Below, in pieces: positions 25,853 through 40,034 of a stretch of DNA of 64,000 bases. Source of the stretch: Octopus bimaculoides (Eukaryota). The translations under genes and the position numbers were made by a program. Numbering within the stretch: position 1 is the first letter of the stretch; each line of letters begins with the position of its first letter. The notes under the pieces are model-generated. The model was not told the DNA's origin. It searched no databases and saw only the letters and a list, made by a program, of their open reading frames with translations. The stretch spans positions 30,306,227-30,370,226 of the forward strand of contig NC_068990.1 of assembly GCF_001194135.2 (NCBI RefSeq), in the 5' to 3' direction.

Positions 25853-26789
25853 AGCTGTAGAAACTCTGCCAGATCAGATTGGAGCCTGGTGTAGCCATCT
25901 GGTTTGCCAGTCCTCAGTCAAATCGTCCAACCCATGCTAGCAATGGAAAGCAGATGTTAAACGATGATGATGATGATATATACATGTCGATCATATAGAC
26001 AGAGTGTGCATGCATTCATTAAATATACATACATAAGGTGTGTGGGTACATTGATCACATTGATTATATGTGTGTGTGTGTGTGTTGATCACATAGGAAA
26101 GGTTTTTACATATTGATTCAAATGACATAGCTTTAAGTATTGACTGCATTGTGTGTTAATATGTCAATTAGATAGTGTGTGTGTGTGTGTACTTATGCTT
26201 GCATGTGTGTGTGTGTGTGTGTACTTATGCTTGTATGTGAGAGGATATTGACTAGAAAGGTAGTGTATGTGATTTCTTTTATATGGACAAAGTTTGTAAA
26301 TCAGAAGTCAATTGCAGAAATCCAGTGTATGTTTATCGATTCCATACAATGGTCAACACCATTACTAACTTCACATGTCAACTGGTCAGATTTTCTGGTC
26401 TGTTATTTAACAGTTTCAAAGTTTGGTGATTGATATCAATAACATTATTATTGTCATTGTTGTAACATAAATCTGCATATCACCACTTGACTAATATTCT
26501 AAAATCTGTGCCAACCACTTCTACCTGTGTCCTCTTCAGTTTTCCTCTCCTATGAATGACCTTCACTGTTGACATTTGGCATTTTTTTCACCCAGCACTC
26601 ATCTAAAATTTAGCCTACATTTCCACACCAATACAGTCATCCCTTGTACACATACCAACCAAGGTATTTTTAATGCCAAAATTCTCTCTCCCAGCTCTCC
26701 TCCCCCCCGTCCCTCTCTCTCCCTGTCTCTCTTTCCTCATATCGCTCTCTCTCTCTTTCTCTCCCTCTCTGTCTGTCTCTCTCTCCTCC

Positions 26790-27062
26790 CTGTTAACCTT
26801 CCTTTGATATTGCTGCACTTCTTATGTGTCCATAACTTACACCAGGTGCATCTTATAGTCTCTCTACCAACACCTTTTCTTCAGATTGAGCAGGGTCATC
26901 TACCTGAAGGGATTTGTGAATTGTCTACCTTCCTACTTACTAAGACTTTGGTTTTTGCTAGGTTAACTCTAAGGCTCTTCCATTCTAGACCTTGGTTCCA
27001 CACCTGAAACTTCTTCTCTAGTTCTGGTAGTGATTCAGCCATAAGAACAAGGTCAGACATAT
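26790..27062 (-). mobile_element. RTE LINE RT fragment with internal Cys-rich insert
   Basis: DLVLMAESLPELEKKFQVWNQGLEWKSLRVNLAKTKVLVSR...PCSI.RKGVGRETIRCTWCKLWTHKKCSNIKGRL. Confidence 0.85.
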
Positions 27063-28469
27063 TTCCAATTTACCATCACTTCCACCACCACTATCACACC
27101 TCTGGCACGTAAGTAGTACCATTTGAGCGTGATCGTTACCAGCATCGCCTTACTGGCACTTGTGCCTGTGGCATGTGAAAAAACATTTGAGCATGGCTAT
27201 TGCCAGTACCACCTGACTGGCCCTTGTGCCGGTAGCACGTAAAAGCAGCCACTACACTCTTGGAGTGGTTAGCATTAGGAAGGGCATCCAGCTGTAGAAA
27301 CTCTGCCAGATCAGATTGGAGCATGGTGTAGTCATCTGGTTCACCAGTCCTCAGTCAAATCGTCCAACCCATGCTAGCATGGAAAGCAGACGTTAAGTGA
27401 TGATGATGATGATATATACACACACACATATATACCTTCTTCTTGTGGGTTTATTTATTGAACTGTGACCATGTTAAAAATCCAGCATTGCACACAATTA
27501 CCCACAAACACGTAATTATCTCTCATCTCTTGTGATTATGTATTTTATTTGATCATTGTCTTGTCTTTCTGTGAAGTCATCATCTCTGACAGTAAGGCTA
27601 CAGTGACATGTACAGGGATGACAGCAATAGGATAGAGCACACATCCCTCTGTTTCTCTCTGCTTCAGCAGTGGTGGTGGCGGCGATGGTGGTGGTGGTGG
27701 TGGTAGGAAGTGCAGCAAGCATTAGAAGGGAAAGAGGCAGCATGTCCCCTATTTTTCGATACTGCAGCAGGTAATACAACTGTGTTTAGCTTGGCATATC
27801 CACTGCTACATCCTGTCAGCCTTGCTGAAAGGGGGAATTCTAAAGGATCTGGGTTTGCAGTGATTTAAGGCATTGATTAAATGGGAACGATAATTGTTGG
27901 ATATCATAATTAGGAAAGGCTTACATGGAGGGGTGTTTGCTTGCTTGGTTATGTATGTGTGTTTGGAAGGATTTGTTCATTGATTTGTGAGTGTGAGTGA
28001 GCATTTTCATGTGTGTGTGTGTATGTGAGTGCGTGAGTGTGAGTGCTTAGCATGTGTATATACGTATATGCTTGTGTGTAACAATTGGTCTCCCACTCTC
28101 TCTCCCTCCTTCTTTCCCCCTCCTTATTTCTATCTCTCTCTCTCCCTCCTTCTGTCTGTCTGTCTCTCTCCCTCCTTCTCTCTCTCTCTCACTGTATGCG
28201 TATAAGGATTGTTTTCAGGGACTTGTGAATATGAGAGAGCACTCTAGTGAGTGCGAGTGCATATTAGAGTGTGAGTGCTTAGCATTTGTGTGTTTGTGTT
28301 TGCATGTAACAATTAGTTTCCTATCTCCACTCTCTTCCTGTCTGTATGTTGGGATTCTTTCAGGGATCTGTGAGTGTGAAGGGACATTTTAGAGTGTAGC
28401 AGCATGCCTGAGAGTGCATCTTTCACATGAATATACAGGTGTATGGTTGTATGTAACTACTTGTTTTGT

Positions 28470-28816
28470 AGTGTGTGTGTGTGTGTGTGTGTGCATGTGT
28501 CTGTGTGTGAGTGTGCATGTGTATGTGTGTGTATATGCGTATGTGTGTGCATGTATGTGAGTGTGTGTGCGTATTTGCAAGTGTGCGTGCGTATGTGTGT
28601 GATTGAGTATGTGCCTATGTGTGTGTGCTTGTATGTGTGTGAGTGTGCATGCATATGCGTGTATGAGTGTGTGTGTGTATGTGTGAGTGTGTATGTGTGT
28701 GCGCGCGCGTGTGAGTGTATGTGAATGTGTGTGTGCATGCGTATGTGTGTGTGTGTATGCGGGCATATGTGTGTGTGTATCTGTGAGTGTGCATGCGTAT
28801 GTGTGTGTGTGTGTGT
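28470..28816. repeat. Long degenerate (TG)n microsatellite (similar tracts at 5390-5610 and 11680-12245)
   Basis: Directly visible. It is the source of the VCVC/HTHT pseudo-ORFs. Confidence 0.95.
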
Positions 28817-30129
28817 TTAAATTTATAAATCGAAGAAAGAGTACTCAATACAATCTAATAGAGTTTATTCATGTAAAGCTGATGATCAACTCTGTCCATT
28901 GCTACTCAGAGTTTTTCCCTCAATACAGTGAGGAAAGTGGCACATTCCTCACTGTATTGAGGGAAAAACTTACTGTCTTCAAAATAGAAGCAGCATATTA
29001 GACAATGTAGTCTTAGAAACTTTATGTGTGAAAAATTTTAAAGAAACGATGGGATAGTTTGTGTGGTTATGAGGTTTGCTTCCCAATCATATGGTTCCCG
29101 GTTCAGTCCCACTGCATGCACTCTAGACACAGCCCGAGGGCTGACCAAAGACTTCTGAGTGGATTTGGCTGAGAAAAACTGAAAGGAGGTTGTATAGCTC
29201 TCTCTCCCATCTATCTATCCATCATTCTATCTATCTATCTATCTATCATCATCATCTATCTATCTATCCATCATTCTATCTATCTGTCTGTCTGTTTATT
29301 TATCCACACACACACACACACACACAGACNNNNNNNNNNATATATACAATGCATGTTTGTGTCTCTGTCTTGACATCATGTGATACTTGTAAATGAGTGT
29401 CATTGTCTTTCATTTCCAATCTTCTGCAAGAAAACATCTGGCCATGCAAAAGAAATGAGGGTTGGCAACAGGAAAGGGAATCAAGCTGCAGGCTACAGAA
29501 GACCTGCTTCAGTAAACTCTGCCCGGTTTATGCCAGCATGGAAAAACAGACTTTAAACTGATGATGGGATAATCACAGCTGGAATTTCATTGATTCGATA
29601 TAGGAAGTTTCACTAAAAACATTTTCGCTGTAAAAAATTTCCTTTCAGATGACCTCATCACATTTTTGTAATGTTTGATGTTGAATAAAGACTCACCTCT
29701 TTAATACTTTTATAAAACATTTAATCATTCTTTTTCTTTTTTTTTATTGTTAAAGCTGATATAATTACACTAATGTCCCTACTGCGAATTTGTCTCATGG
29801 CAATTTTCCTATATGGCAAAATTTCTTGTGGTGAATTTTCTGGACTGTCTCTGATCATAGGTCTGCTGGATCAGAGTTGATCTGGTGCCAAACAACATCC
29901 ATTTTGTTACCATTTCCTTAACAGGGAAATGGTAACAAAGCTTTCAAACAGAACATCAAAAGCAGTGATCTCATGAAACTAGAAGAGCAGGTCTGCAGAA
30001 GCAATGTAAAAAAAAAAAACATGATGGCTTTTCACATTCCAATGAAACTTAGAATTATAAATTTGGTTAATGGAACTGACTACTTTGTCAACTGGGTTCC
30101 AATGAAAGCAAAATTTCTATATTCTTTTA

Positions 30130-30321
30130 TTCACTTATTTGTTTCAGTCATTTGACTGTGGCCATGCTGGAGCACTACCTCTAGTCGAGCAAATCGACCT
30201 CAGAACTTACTCCTTGTAAGTCTAGTACTTATTTTATCGGTCTCTTTGCTGAACCGCTAAATTATGGGGACATAAACACACCAGCATCGGTTATCAAGCG
30301 ATGGTGGGAGGACAAACACAA

Positions 30322-30366
<45 letters not shown>

Positions 30367-30515
30367 ACGGGCTTCTTTCAGTTTCTATCTACCAAATCCA
30401 CTCACAAGGCATTGGTCGGCTCAAGGCTATAGTAGAAGACACTTGCCCAAATGCAGTGGGACTGAACCTGGAACCATGTGGTTGGTAAGCAAGCTACCTT
30501 ACCACACAGCCACGC
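30130..30515 (-). mobile_element. SINE family B1, full length
   Basis: Reverse-complement homologue of 2377-2750. Confidence 0.88.
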
Positions 30516-30867
30516 CTATACAAAACTATTTCTGTTCTAGTATTAATATTCTAAGCGAATTAGGAAGACATTACTATAAAGGTTCCTAGTTCAACTCAAG
30601 TCTAGAACCATGGAATTATCCAAGAATTCACCAGATAGTCTGAAAAATGATAAACTTTGTGAATACCTTAAGGAATTTAATGAGTGATGGTCATACCTGT
30701 ATTAAAAAAAGAATCAGGACAATAGATTTAGGGAAGACACTTCTGCTCTTATTTGGAGTTAGTCCTTATTGAGAGTTACTGCTATAAGAAATGGAACCAG
30801 AGGATCACCCTTTTTAACATCAACCACTTTATAGAGAGTATTGAGTGCATTTTATCATGACACCAAC

Positions 30868-31034
30868 GAGGGCCATCTTAATATTATAGACCCTGGGCAA
30901 TTTCAATGCACTAGGCCCTAGAGTAGATACTTATTGACAGTAAAGTGCAGGATACATAGATCAGAATTGGGCTCCTAGACTCATGAGTTCTCTCAGGTAA
31001 CTGCTCACTGTATAAACACCTTAAGCCAGTACTG
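30868..31034. mobile_element. Possible small hAT-like MITE
   Basis: GAGGGCCATCTTAA ... TTAAGCCAGTACTG, very degenerate TIRs. Confidence 0.25.
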
Positions 31035-31425
31035 GACCGGCATTATGAAAATTGTCCTGTCCTCAACAAAACTAAAAAGTTTTCCTGACTGTTTTCCTAC
31101 TTATTTTATAACATGATGCTTTAATGCACCTGTTTTTGGTGGTGGGGTGAGTGAAGGACAAATGGTGAAGTAACCGTTTTACAATACTCCTAAAGAAACA
31201 CTGGCTTTCTTTTAATTAATTTTGAAATTAAAGAAGAAGCAGCATTCTGTTTGTCTTTACATTGAAATTCCTCTGAGGTTGACCTTGCCTTTCATTCTTT
31301 TGGGGTTGATACAATAAGTACCACTTTAATACTGGGGTCCATGTAATCGACTAACCCCCTCCTCTGAAATTGCTGGCCTTGTACTAAAATTGAAATCAAT
31401 CTGCCTGAGACTCCACCCCTCCCCA

Positions 31426-31738
31426 GTTCTATGATACAAACTTTTTTGTTTCAAAGGGATCTAAATTGAAACCTCCCATCAAAATATGTTGATTTATATT
31501 TCAAACACTGGCTTAACTAACAACGACTAAGTTATTTTATTCAGTTCTTTGCTATTTTCAAAAGTAATTGAAAGAAAGGTGGTGGATTTCAACAAATATG
31601 GTAACTGAAGAGTCATGGCTGGTGTTTGGAATTTAGTATAATAACTTTTTATTACTGATACCAACCAATTAAGTAACATTTTTGATGGAACGTTCTAATT
31701 TAGATCACTTTAAAACAGAAAGTTTGTATTATAGAAGC
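31426..31738. mobile_element. MITE with about 60-bp imperfect terminal inverted repeats
   Basis: Left GTTCTATGATACAAACTT...GATCTAAATT...CCATCAAAA is the reverse complement of the right arm at about 31679-31738. The interior is non-coding. Confidence 0.7.
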
Positions 31739-33009
31739 AGGGCTGGTCTCAGGTGAGTTGGCATCAAATGTGTGGAATCTCAGGACGTTGAACCTTATAC
31801 ATAAGATTCAGTAGAAAAGCAATGCTATGTTATATACCAGTGCGGACCATGTTAGCATGGGGGTAAAAAACAAACAAACAAACCTTAAAATGACAATGAA
31901 AACAACAAATAACAGTAATGACGATGTATAATGAATTATTAGCCTTTTAGTGTTTTCCGCTTCAACTACAGAGAGAAGAAAATGGATCATGGACTCAAGT
32001 TATAGTGTTGTAAATATTCAATATGGATTGGTTAAAATTAAGGCTGAATACAAAGAGAGAGAGAGAGAGATGCAGTTCAAGCGAAGACAGAAGTGTTACG
32101 GGGTCGAAAGTGGGGTGAGGCATAGCAAGAGGAGGGATAAACAGGTGTGTCGAGGGAGATTGAGAGAGAATGCTACACATGAACTGCAGTAGCAGTAGTA
32201 GTAGTAGTAGCAACAACAGCAGTTACAGGACGCAACCTGATGATGAACCAGTAGTTGGCGAAAATTAATGAGTGCAGCTAGCTTATCTGTCAGATGGCTC
32301 GAGGGTGTGATGTGTCGTCTACCTTTGCGCCCAGTTCAGAGAAATCGTTATTTCTGCTACAAATTAAAAATTTAAGGAATTCCTCCCTTAAAAAATCAAA
32401 ACGTGTATATTCTCTCCCACTTAAAAGGGAGCTGATTTAAAACCTTAGACACAACACCACGTTTTCTTTTTTGATTAATGCCCTACAGACAAAAGACAGG
32501 AGTAGGCAAGCGTGCCCCCCTTCCTTTTGCTTGTAGCTATAATGCACTTAATATCTAAGTAATATATTTGTATTTATTAATCTAAATCATCATCATTATC
32601 ATTTTACGTCTGCTTTCCGTGCTTGTTAACTGTAGTTTCGCACTATTTGTGATCCTTTACATTTTTTACTTTCCTTCTTTCAGATGGCAAAATGATGAAT
32701 CTTCGTTGCTCTCCAAAATTGCATATATAACCACAAACTGAATAATTAACACGGATTCAATCATCAGTTTCAAGCGAAGAATAAACTTGACATCTGTAGA
32801 ATATTCTTTCTTTCGTTGTACTTAACAAACACACACCTGCATGAAGATCCTGTGCACGAACAAGCAAAACTCAGAGGAGCAAGAGACAGACTTAGCTAAA
32901 ATAAAATAATCCTAACTACGGTATTGAGTACTCTTTTTCCTACCGATAGTCCGTACAAAAGGTGCGTGGTGCGTGTATATATATTATATGATGTCCTATA
33001 CTTGATGTG

Positions 33010-33057
<48 letters not shown>

Positions 33058-33399
33058 CATCAAGTACAGGACATCTCTCTCTACATATATATATATATAG
33101 ATAGATAGAGAGAGAGAGAGGCGAGTACATACACATACAGACTTATGTATGTGTGTGCGTGAATATGTGTATGTATTAAAGATAAGTGTTATGCTTCCCT
33201 CAGTTTTTAAGTATCAATTAAAAGTCAAGAACTATAGGCTTGGTCTATCTAATATACCAAATTACTACTACAATTGATAATAATAATACTAATGATAATA
33301 ACAAAATTACTGCTATTATTATTAATGACAAATATATATATTTAAATAAAATAATAATACGGAAGAAACAAGTTAAAATTTTTAACATTTATTGTTTTA

Positions 33400-35590
33400 C
33401 GACAGAAATTGAAAAAAATAGAAAAAAAGCTATAAACAAAAAATACTGAAACAAACCTGCCTTTCCCACCCTAAAATATGTACCCGCAAAAATAAGAAAT
33501 CGAACTGATGAGTTTGTTGTATCACGTCGTGGCTTCCATAGTAGAGAAAGAAGGAGGGGTATTTGATAGCAGCAGCAGCAGCAGCCTGGTGAAGTATCAG
33601 GTCTTTCAACAACAACAAGAGGATGAGAGAGAGAAAGCAGCAGGCAAAGAGGCCTCCCCCTCAGTCTTTTAGATAATACAAGCTTTATTTCATCTCCCTT
33701 TCTTTCTCTACATTTATCTATCTTTATTTCGTGCTCTCTCTACATATATCTATCTTTACTTCACCCGTGCCTTTACTTTTTATTTCTTCTTTCTCTCTTT
33801 ATTCTAACCTCTCTCTCCACATATATTTACTTTTCCTCTCTCTATCACCCTCTTTCCACATCTGTCTATCTTTATTCTCCCCTCTCTCTTCATATATAGC
33901 TGTCTTCATTTCACCCTTTCTCTCTATATTCTATCATTACTTTCCCCCCCTCTCTACATTACTTTATCTTTATTCCACCTCCACTTTACATCTATTTTCA
34001 CTCTACCCGCTTCTCTTTACATCTATCTCTCTTTACTTTACCTCCTCTTTCTCTACATATGCGTCTTTACTTCACCCCCCTCTTTTTACATTTCTCTCTC
34101 TCTTTCACACTTTCACTCACACTCTTCAGCTTCACTCGCACTCCAAGCAAAAATGGTGGACCCTTAGCGTCAGCACAGACGGAGACACTGACAGAGGGAG
34201 ACGAAAAATAGCATAAAGGTGAAGAAATCGAGGATATGTAACAGATAATAATGAACCAGCAGGAAGAACTTGATAAGCTGAACATTCCTAATCTATCGGA
34301 TATTCCACAGACTGGGTCGAAACCCCGAAACCAACCGCAAAGAAAAGACCTACTGTTTGACGGGGATAAGAAGAATGGGAAGTAAAGAGTTACCGGACAA
34401 GAGTGCTTTGTATAATAATAATAATAACAAGAAGAAGAAGAGTTATAATGGTGATGAAGTAGTAGTAGACCTGCTTCTCTACGACTGGTGTTGGTATTGT
34501 TCTTGCTGCCGCCGCCGCCAAACCATTTCCATAGCAAGACGAAGTAGATAGTATCGAATTCTTATTATTATTGTTATTATTTTAAGAAAGGGACCAGTTT
34601 TCTGTTGGCCTTTCACTTTTGGTGATCCGTTTTCCTTCTTTCTTTCATTCTCTTTTCTTTCCTCTACAAACGGTCATTCAATCTTTTTGTGTGTGTGTGT
34701 GTGTGTGAATGAATAAGAAAGAAAAGAGAAAGTGTGAATGGCAGAATAATTGTATATTTTGGTAAATATATTATTGACTAGATATGTAATTAATTGGAAC
34801 CTTGTTCTAATAGTATGTAAGTGTTTGTGTGTATATATTTATATGCATACATATATGTATTTATATGTAAATTGTATCTGTGTAGTTATTTAGAACGTTG
34901 ATGTATTAATTAGGGTTTGTGAGTATTGTCTAGATATTTAAAAAACGTCAAGGCGTTAATAGTGTTTGTGTGTGTATACACATATATATACATAGAGAGA
35001 GACTGTTCCGTTAACATCTACATCAACATAATTGTTTTCCTTGGTGTGTGAACGTGTATTATATATATATATATATATATATATGCTTTATTGTTGGAAG
35101 CGGAACAGTCAATAATAAATATTACCACAAACAAACAATAAAATAGATGTGAAAGAAAGAAAATAGAAAAGAAAAGAAAGGAGGAAAACAAAGAAATAAT
35201 AATAATAATAATAATGATTTAAGAATCAAACCTTCCCGAAAAAAAAAATTACAAAAAATAAGCACTAAGAAATTAAAAAAAAAAGCAGGGAAGGAAATAA
35301 TAAGAAAAGTTGAGCGAATTCCGGGTTCGGTTCTCAAGTAGAGGAAGGGGAGAGTTTGTTTTACTGCTATATAATTATTATTATTATACACACATTTAAC
35401 GAATATATATATATATATATATATATACTCAAATATTTAACGGATATATATATATCTCTTGCTTATCTATATATATATATATATATCTATATATATATAT
35501 ATATATAAGCGGAGTTTCGGGCCAGAAGCAGTCACCGTGTATCACCATAGAGGAATTAGGAGAGCTCTGGGCTCACTGCGAAGCCCGCAG
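33400..35590 (+). promoter_or_regulatory. Probable promoter and 5' leader region of the FMNL gene
   Basis: SINE-poor, CpG-retaining sequence upstream of the ATG, with a (CAG)n/(CAA)n segment, a 430-bp TC tract and short ORFs. The TSS cannot be placed from sequence alone. Confidence 0.5.
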
Positions 35591-35704
35591 ATGGGGAATG
35601 GCGAAAGCATCGAGACTACTCGGCCGGAGTTACGGGCATCCTTGCCCATCCGGCTACCCATGCCCGACCCCACGGAGCTCGAACGGAGGTTTACCAAAGT
35701 TCTG
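35591..35704 (+). CDS. FMNL: Formin-like protein (FMNL/Frl family), first coding exon, 38 aa, phase-0 GTAAGT donor at 35705
   Basis: Translates to MGNGESIETTRPELRASLPIRLPMPDPTELERRFTKVL. This closely resembles the N-terminus I recall for vertebrate FMNL2 (MGNAGSMD...[20 protein letters not shown]), including the Gly2/Ser6 myristoylation motif and an intron right after ...VL. Exon 2 (expected xAMxLPPDKAxLLxxYDxEKKW) was not found in 35.7-64 kb. Confidence 0.93.
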
Positions 35705-37757
35705 GTAAGTAACGTGATTTTTTTTGTTTTTGCTTTTTATATATCTCACAAATTTTAAACCGTATCCATGTATGTCCATTTACATTGTAGAGATCTTCAT
35801 AAACCAGAGATACAGATGGCAAAATTGGACAGCAAAAAATAACTGGAACATCGGTTGAATAATAAAAAAAAGTATTAATAAAGAAAAAAAAATGTCACGA
35901 TTATGAAATAATATTGTTCTATAAAAAAGAAAAATGTTTTAAAAATTATTCTGAAGGTGCAGAGTTTGCAGAACCGGGATATAACTGCCTTACTGTAATT
36001 CTATGTGGTATATGTAAATCAGACTGTACAGGTCTCAGTAAATACCAGTTATATATAAGGAGATAATTTCTTGATGTTGTGGAAGACCAGATTAAATGTT
36101 TTACGCTTGTTTGAATTCGAATCCCGCTCGGATCGGATGTATGCATCTTTTACTTTTTTGTTAGGTAGGTATTGAGGTTGAATGGGGGGGGGGGTATACC
36201 GCCCATTTTCACATGCTTTTGGCTCTTTAAGTAAAATTATTATAATTATATATTATTAAAAATATTTTTATAACACTGTTATGAATTAATCAACTTGTAA
36301 TCGCATCCCTCCCCATTTCTTTCTCACTCAACCACGACACATGATGCTAAACGTTTGGAACGAATCTTGCGGTCCAATTTCGATCTCTAGCTTCGGGTCA
36401 GCCCTTATCGAGGAGACCTAAGATCAAACGCGTTCTAGTTGTGGCAACCCAAAACATTATCCAGCTTATTCCCTTTAAGACATTATAGGGTTCGCTGTGA
36501 TGGAGATTTGACTGCTATTTTTAGTCGTTCGGGTAACCATATAGAGGCTGTCACAGAAATGTCCTGTTCTCACTCCGCCTGTAATAATATATCTTTGAGA
36601 AATGCATAAACATCACATGATGTTTTATTATTATTTATCATCATTCATTTGCCATTCTATGAATCAGTTTGCAAAGGCAACAATTAATTTTGTGTCCACT
36701 GAGGTCATTTTTCTCTTTCATTCCTGCAGTATCTATTAAACTACTCTAGCTGTTTAAATTCATTTATACAAATCTTCCACGACAGAAGCCTTTTCATTTG
36801 TCTGGTTCCCAGTTTTTAGAAATCTTTCTGGGGAAGGGGAAACGTAAAATCTCGTTTATTTCGGTCCCTCGATTTCGAAATTCAAATCTTTCCGGGGACA
36901 GTTTTTGTCTTCCACCCCTTGTCGGGTACCCATTTTCCAACCTTACCATCAACATACCGTGCCCTGTATCTGTTTAGAAATTATTGCTGTGGTACTTTTG
37001 GCGGTTAGTCCGTCAGACGAGTTTTCGAGGAATCCCAGAAACATTTAATCTTTTATATGATTTTATCTGGCAAGAGGAAGCCAGATTGGTTAGAGCCCAT
37101 CCCTCACCAAACTATTTTGATTGCTGCCTCCAAATAACTATGTACAGAGGAAGCTTAGAGAATAAGAGGGTGTGTGAAGAAAATGTGACGTTATAGAGAC
37201 AATCTCTATCATCAGGACATTAGCAAAGCAAACGAAATAAATCCCAACACGAATCGAAACCGTTTCGCAAATTTGGCTCTTAAACTTTAGCCTCTACTCT
37301 ATGAAACGTTGTTAGCCATTTAAATAAATTCGCACAGTCATTTGTATTTAGTCGTCTCATAAAATGCCAACGATTCCGTTAGAGAGACAGTTTTAATACC
37401 GGCTCACTGCTGTTGCAATAATGTCGCTAATTCACTATGGTTCTTAAATCTGGTCCTCTTAAAATACGCTTCGTTTATACAATCGCGGCTATGGATGGCT
37501 TAGATGGGAAATTGCTTGTATATATATCAGTGTATTTATTTTATTCTGGTGTAAACAATAATTACATATAAAATTTCTGGAGGGCTGGAAAATTATCAAT
37601 CAGTGTTTATTAGATTGCAAGGTTACAAAAGAATGGAAAGGTGTATAATAGTTTTTATGTGTATACAGCACGATGCACGCACTCAAATTTATACGCACAT
37701 TTATATACGTATTTATAGGCGCATATACAAACATACCTGCATATACATACACACAGA

Positions 37758-37797
<40 letters not shown>

Positions 37798-38384
37798 GTA
37801 GATATATATACCTAGACGTATATACATCTATACGTATGTACACACACATATATTGTCACTATTTTACGTCTGCTTTCCACGCTGGCATGGGTTAGATGGT
37901 TCAACAGGAGCTGGCAAGTCAGAAGACTGCACCAAACTCTGTCTGCTTTGGCAATGATTTCTATGGCTGGACGCCCTTCCAAATGCCAACCACTTTACTG
38001 AGTGTACTGGGTGCTTATTACTTGGCACTGGTACCAGTGGGGTCACTGAGTAAACTTATAAGACATGACCCCTTAACTGTTTGTGGGTGTGTGTGAGGTA
38101 TTGAGGGGGGATTACTTTATACCAGTATGATAGAGAAACAACAGGTGTCTTGTTATCCCACCTGAGAAGAAAAGATGGAAGATGGATGTTAAATGATGAT
38201 GATGATAGTAGTGAAGATGTATTGGTGTGTTGCCTCCAGTTACAGGAAGGGGAATATAAGTGGTACAGGGATTGGATAGGGTGAGTGGGTAGATGAAGTA
38301 AGTTTGTGAGAATGTGAAAGAAGAGTGGCAGATGGTTGGGACACACACACGCACACGCACACACACACACACACTGGTGTGGCA

Positions 38385-38775
38385 TGGCTCTGTGGTTATG
38401 TTTGCTTGTCAACCATATGGTTTTGAGTTCAGTCCTGCTGTGTGACACCTTGGTTTAGTGTCATCTATTATATCCCTGGGCCAACCAATGTCTTGTGGGT
38501 GAATTTGGCAGACTGAAATTGTTAGACTCATTGTGGCCATGTGGTAAGATGTTTGCTTCCCAACCACATGGTTTCAAGTTCTGTCCCACTGTGTGGCACC
38601 TTGGGCAAGTGTCTTCAACTATAACCTTGGGCTGACCAAAGTCTTGTGAGTGGATTTAGTAGAATGACTCTCAAAGAAGCCTGTCCTGTGTGTGTGCATC
38701 TTTGTCCCCTCCCCCATTTCACAACTGGTGTTGGTGTGCTTACATCCCCATAACTTAGTGGTTCAGCAAAAGAAG
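38385..38775 (+). mobile_element. Two tandem B-family SINE heads, the second with a partial tail
   Basis: Head and central domain repeated at about 38385 and 38530. Confidence 0.8.
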
Positions 38776-39168
38776 CACTCAGTTATTTCTCTAGTTCATT
38801 TTCATTTAAATTTATGCAAATTACTGAGGTCATAAATCTGTTCTACTTTTTTTTACTGTTTATATGTGTCTAAGAATTTCATCAACTGGAGACCTGGTAG
38901 AATAATTGCTGTGCTGATAATGCCTGCTGAGGCAGAAACTTAGCTCCATGGCCATTCTCTTATCTTTTCTTTAATTTCGGAGGTCTTGATTTGTGAAATT
39001 ACCTCCCCTTCCCATTTGCCAACAAGTGATTGTTCTACTTTCTCTGGACGTAATGATAATTTCAGTACTCTTATTGGTCTTTATACATAAGCATGTATGT
39101 GTGTATATATATATATATATATCTCAATCTGTCTATACACATACACATCATATAGATCTCTGTATACA

Positions 39169-39199
<31 letters not shown>

Positions 39200-39254
39200 C
39201 TATGCACACACAAATATATACACATCTGTGTATATTCATATAAAAATATATATA

Positions 39255-39429
39255 GGTGCGAGTGTAGCTGTGTGGTAAGAAGCTTGTTTCCCAATTACAT
39301 GGTTTCAGGTTCAGTCCCATTGTGTGGCACCTTGGGCAAGTGTCTTCTATAACCTTGGGCTGACTAAAGCCTTGTGTGAGGCTTTAGTAGATGGAAACTG
39401 AAAGAAGCTTGTGTATGTATGTATGTATG

Positions 39430-39475
<46 letters not shown>

Positions 39476-39655
39476 TTTGTTTGTCCCCCCATCACTGCTT
39501 GACAACCAGTGTTGGTGTGTTTAAATACCCATAGTTTAGTGGTTTGGCACTAAGGAAAAAGAAAAAGTACATGACTTGACTTGTTTGACTAAAATCTTTC
39601 AAGGCAGTGCCCCAGCATGGCCATAGTCTAATGTTCAAGCCAAGTAAATGGTAAA
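39255..39655 (+). mobile_element. SINE family B1, full length
   Basis: Same head, central domain, microsatellite and tail as 2377-2750. Confidence 0.85.
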
Positions 39656-39936
39656 AGGTATAAATATCAATGTACCTATCTACTTATCTCTTTTTCTCTA
39701 TCATTGTGTGTGCGTGTGTGTATAGCCAAATGATATAGTAGGGAGTAATTGTGCATAGGTGTAAGGATATGAATGAGTAAAAACCAGAAATAACATGGAT
39801 AAAATTTGATTGAATGAAGAAAGAAACGCAACAAATATCATGTAGAGTCAAACAAGCAAAAGCATGTCTGGAAAGGGTAGAAATACAAAGCAAAAAGAAA
39901 ACAAGCAAAAGTACTCTAACGATTAATATGCCTACG

Positions 39937-39982
<46 letters not shown>

Positions 39983-40034
39983 TGCATGCACAAAAAGGAG
40001 GTTTCATATGCCAAAGAAAGAAAGAGAAGAGAAC

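Noticed and set aside
32236-32265. CTGATGATGAACCAGTAGTTGGCGAAA as a hammerhead or C/D snoRNA (similar motif at 60511-60565)
   Set aside because: No stem I complementarity, and no properly placed D box or terminal stem.
36100-36420. B-box-like sequences (ATTCGAATCCC, TTTCGATCTC) as tRNA genes
   Set aside because: No cloverleaf. They are better explained as decayed SINE heads.
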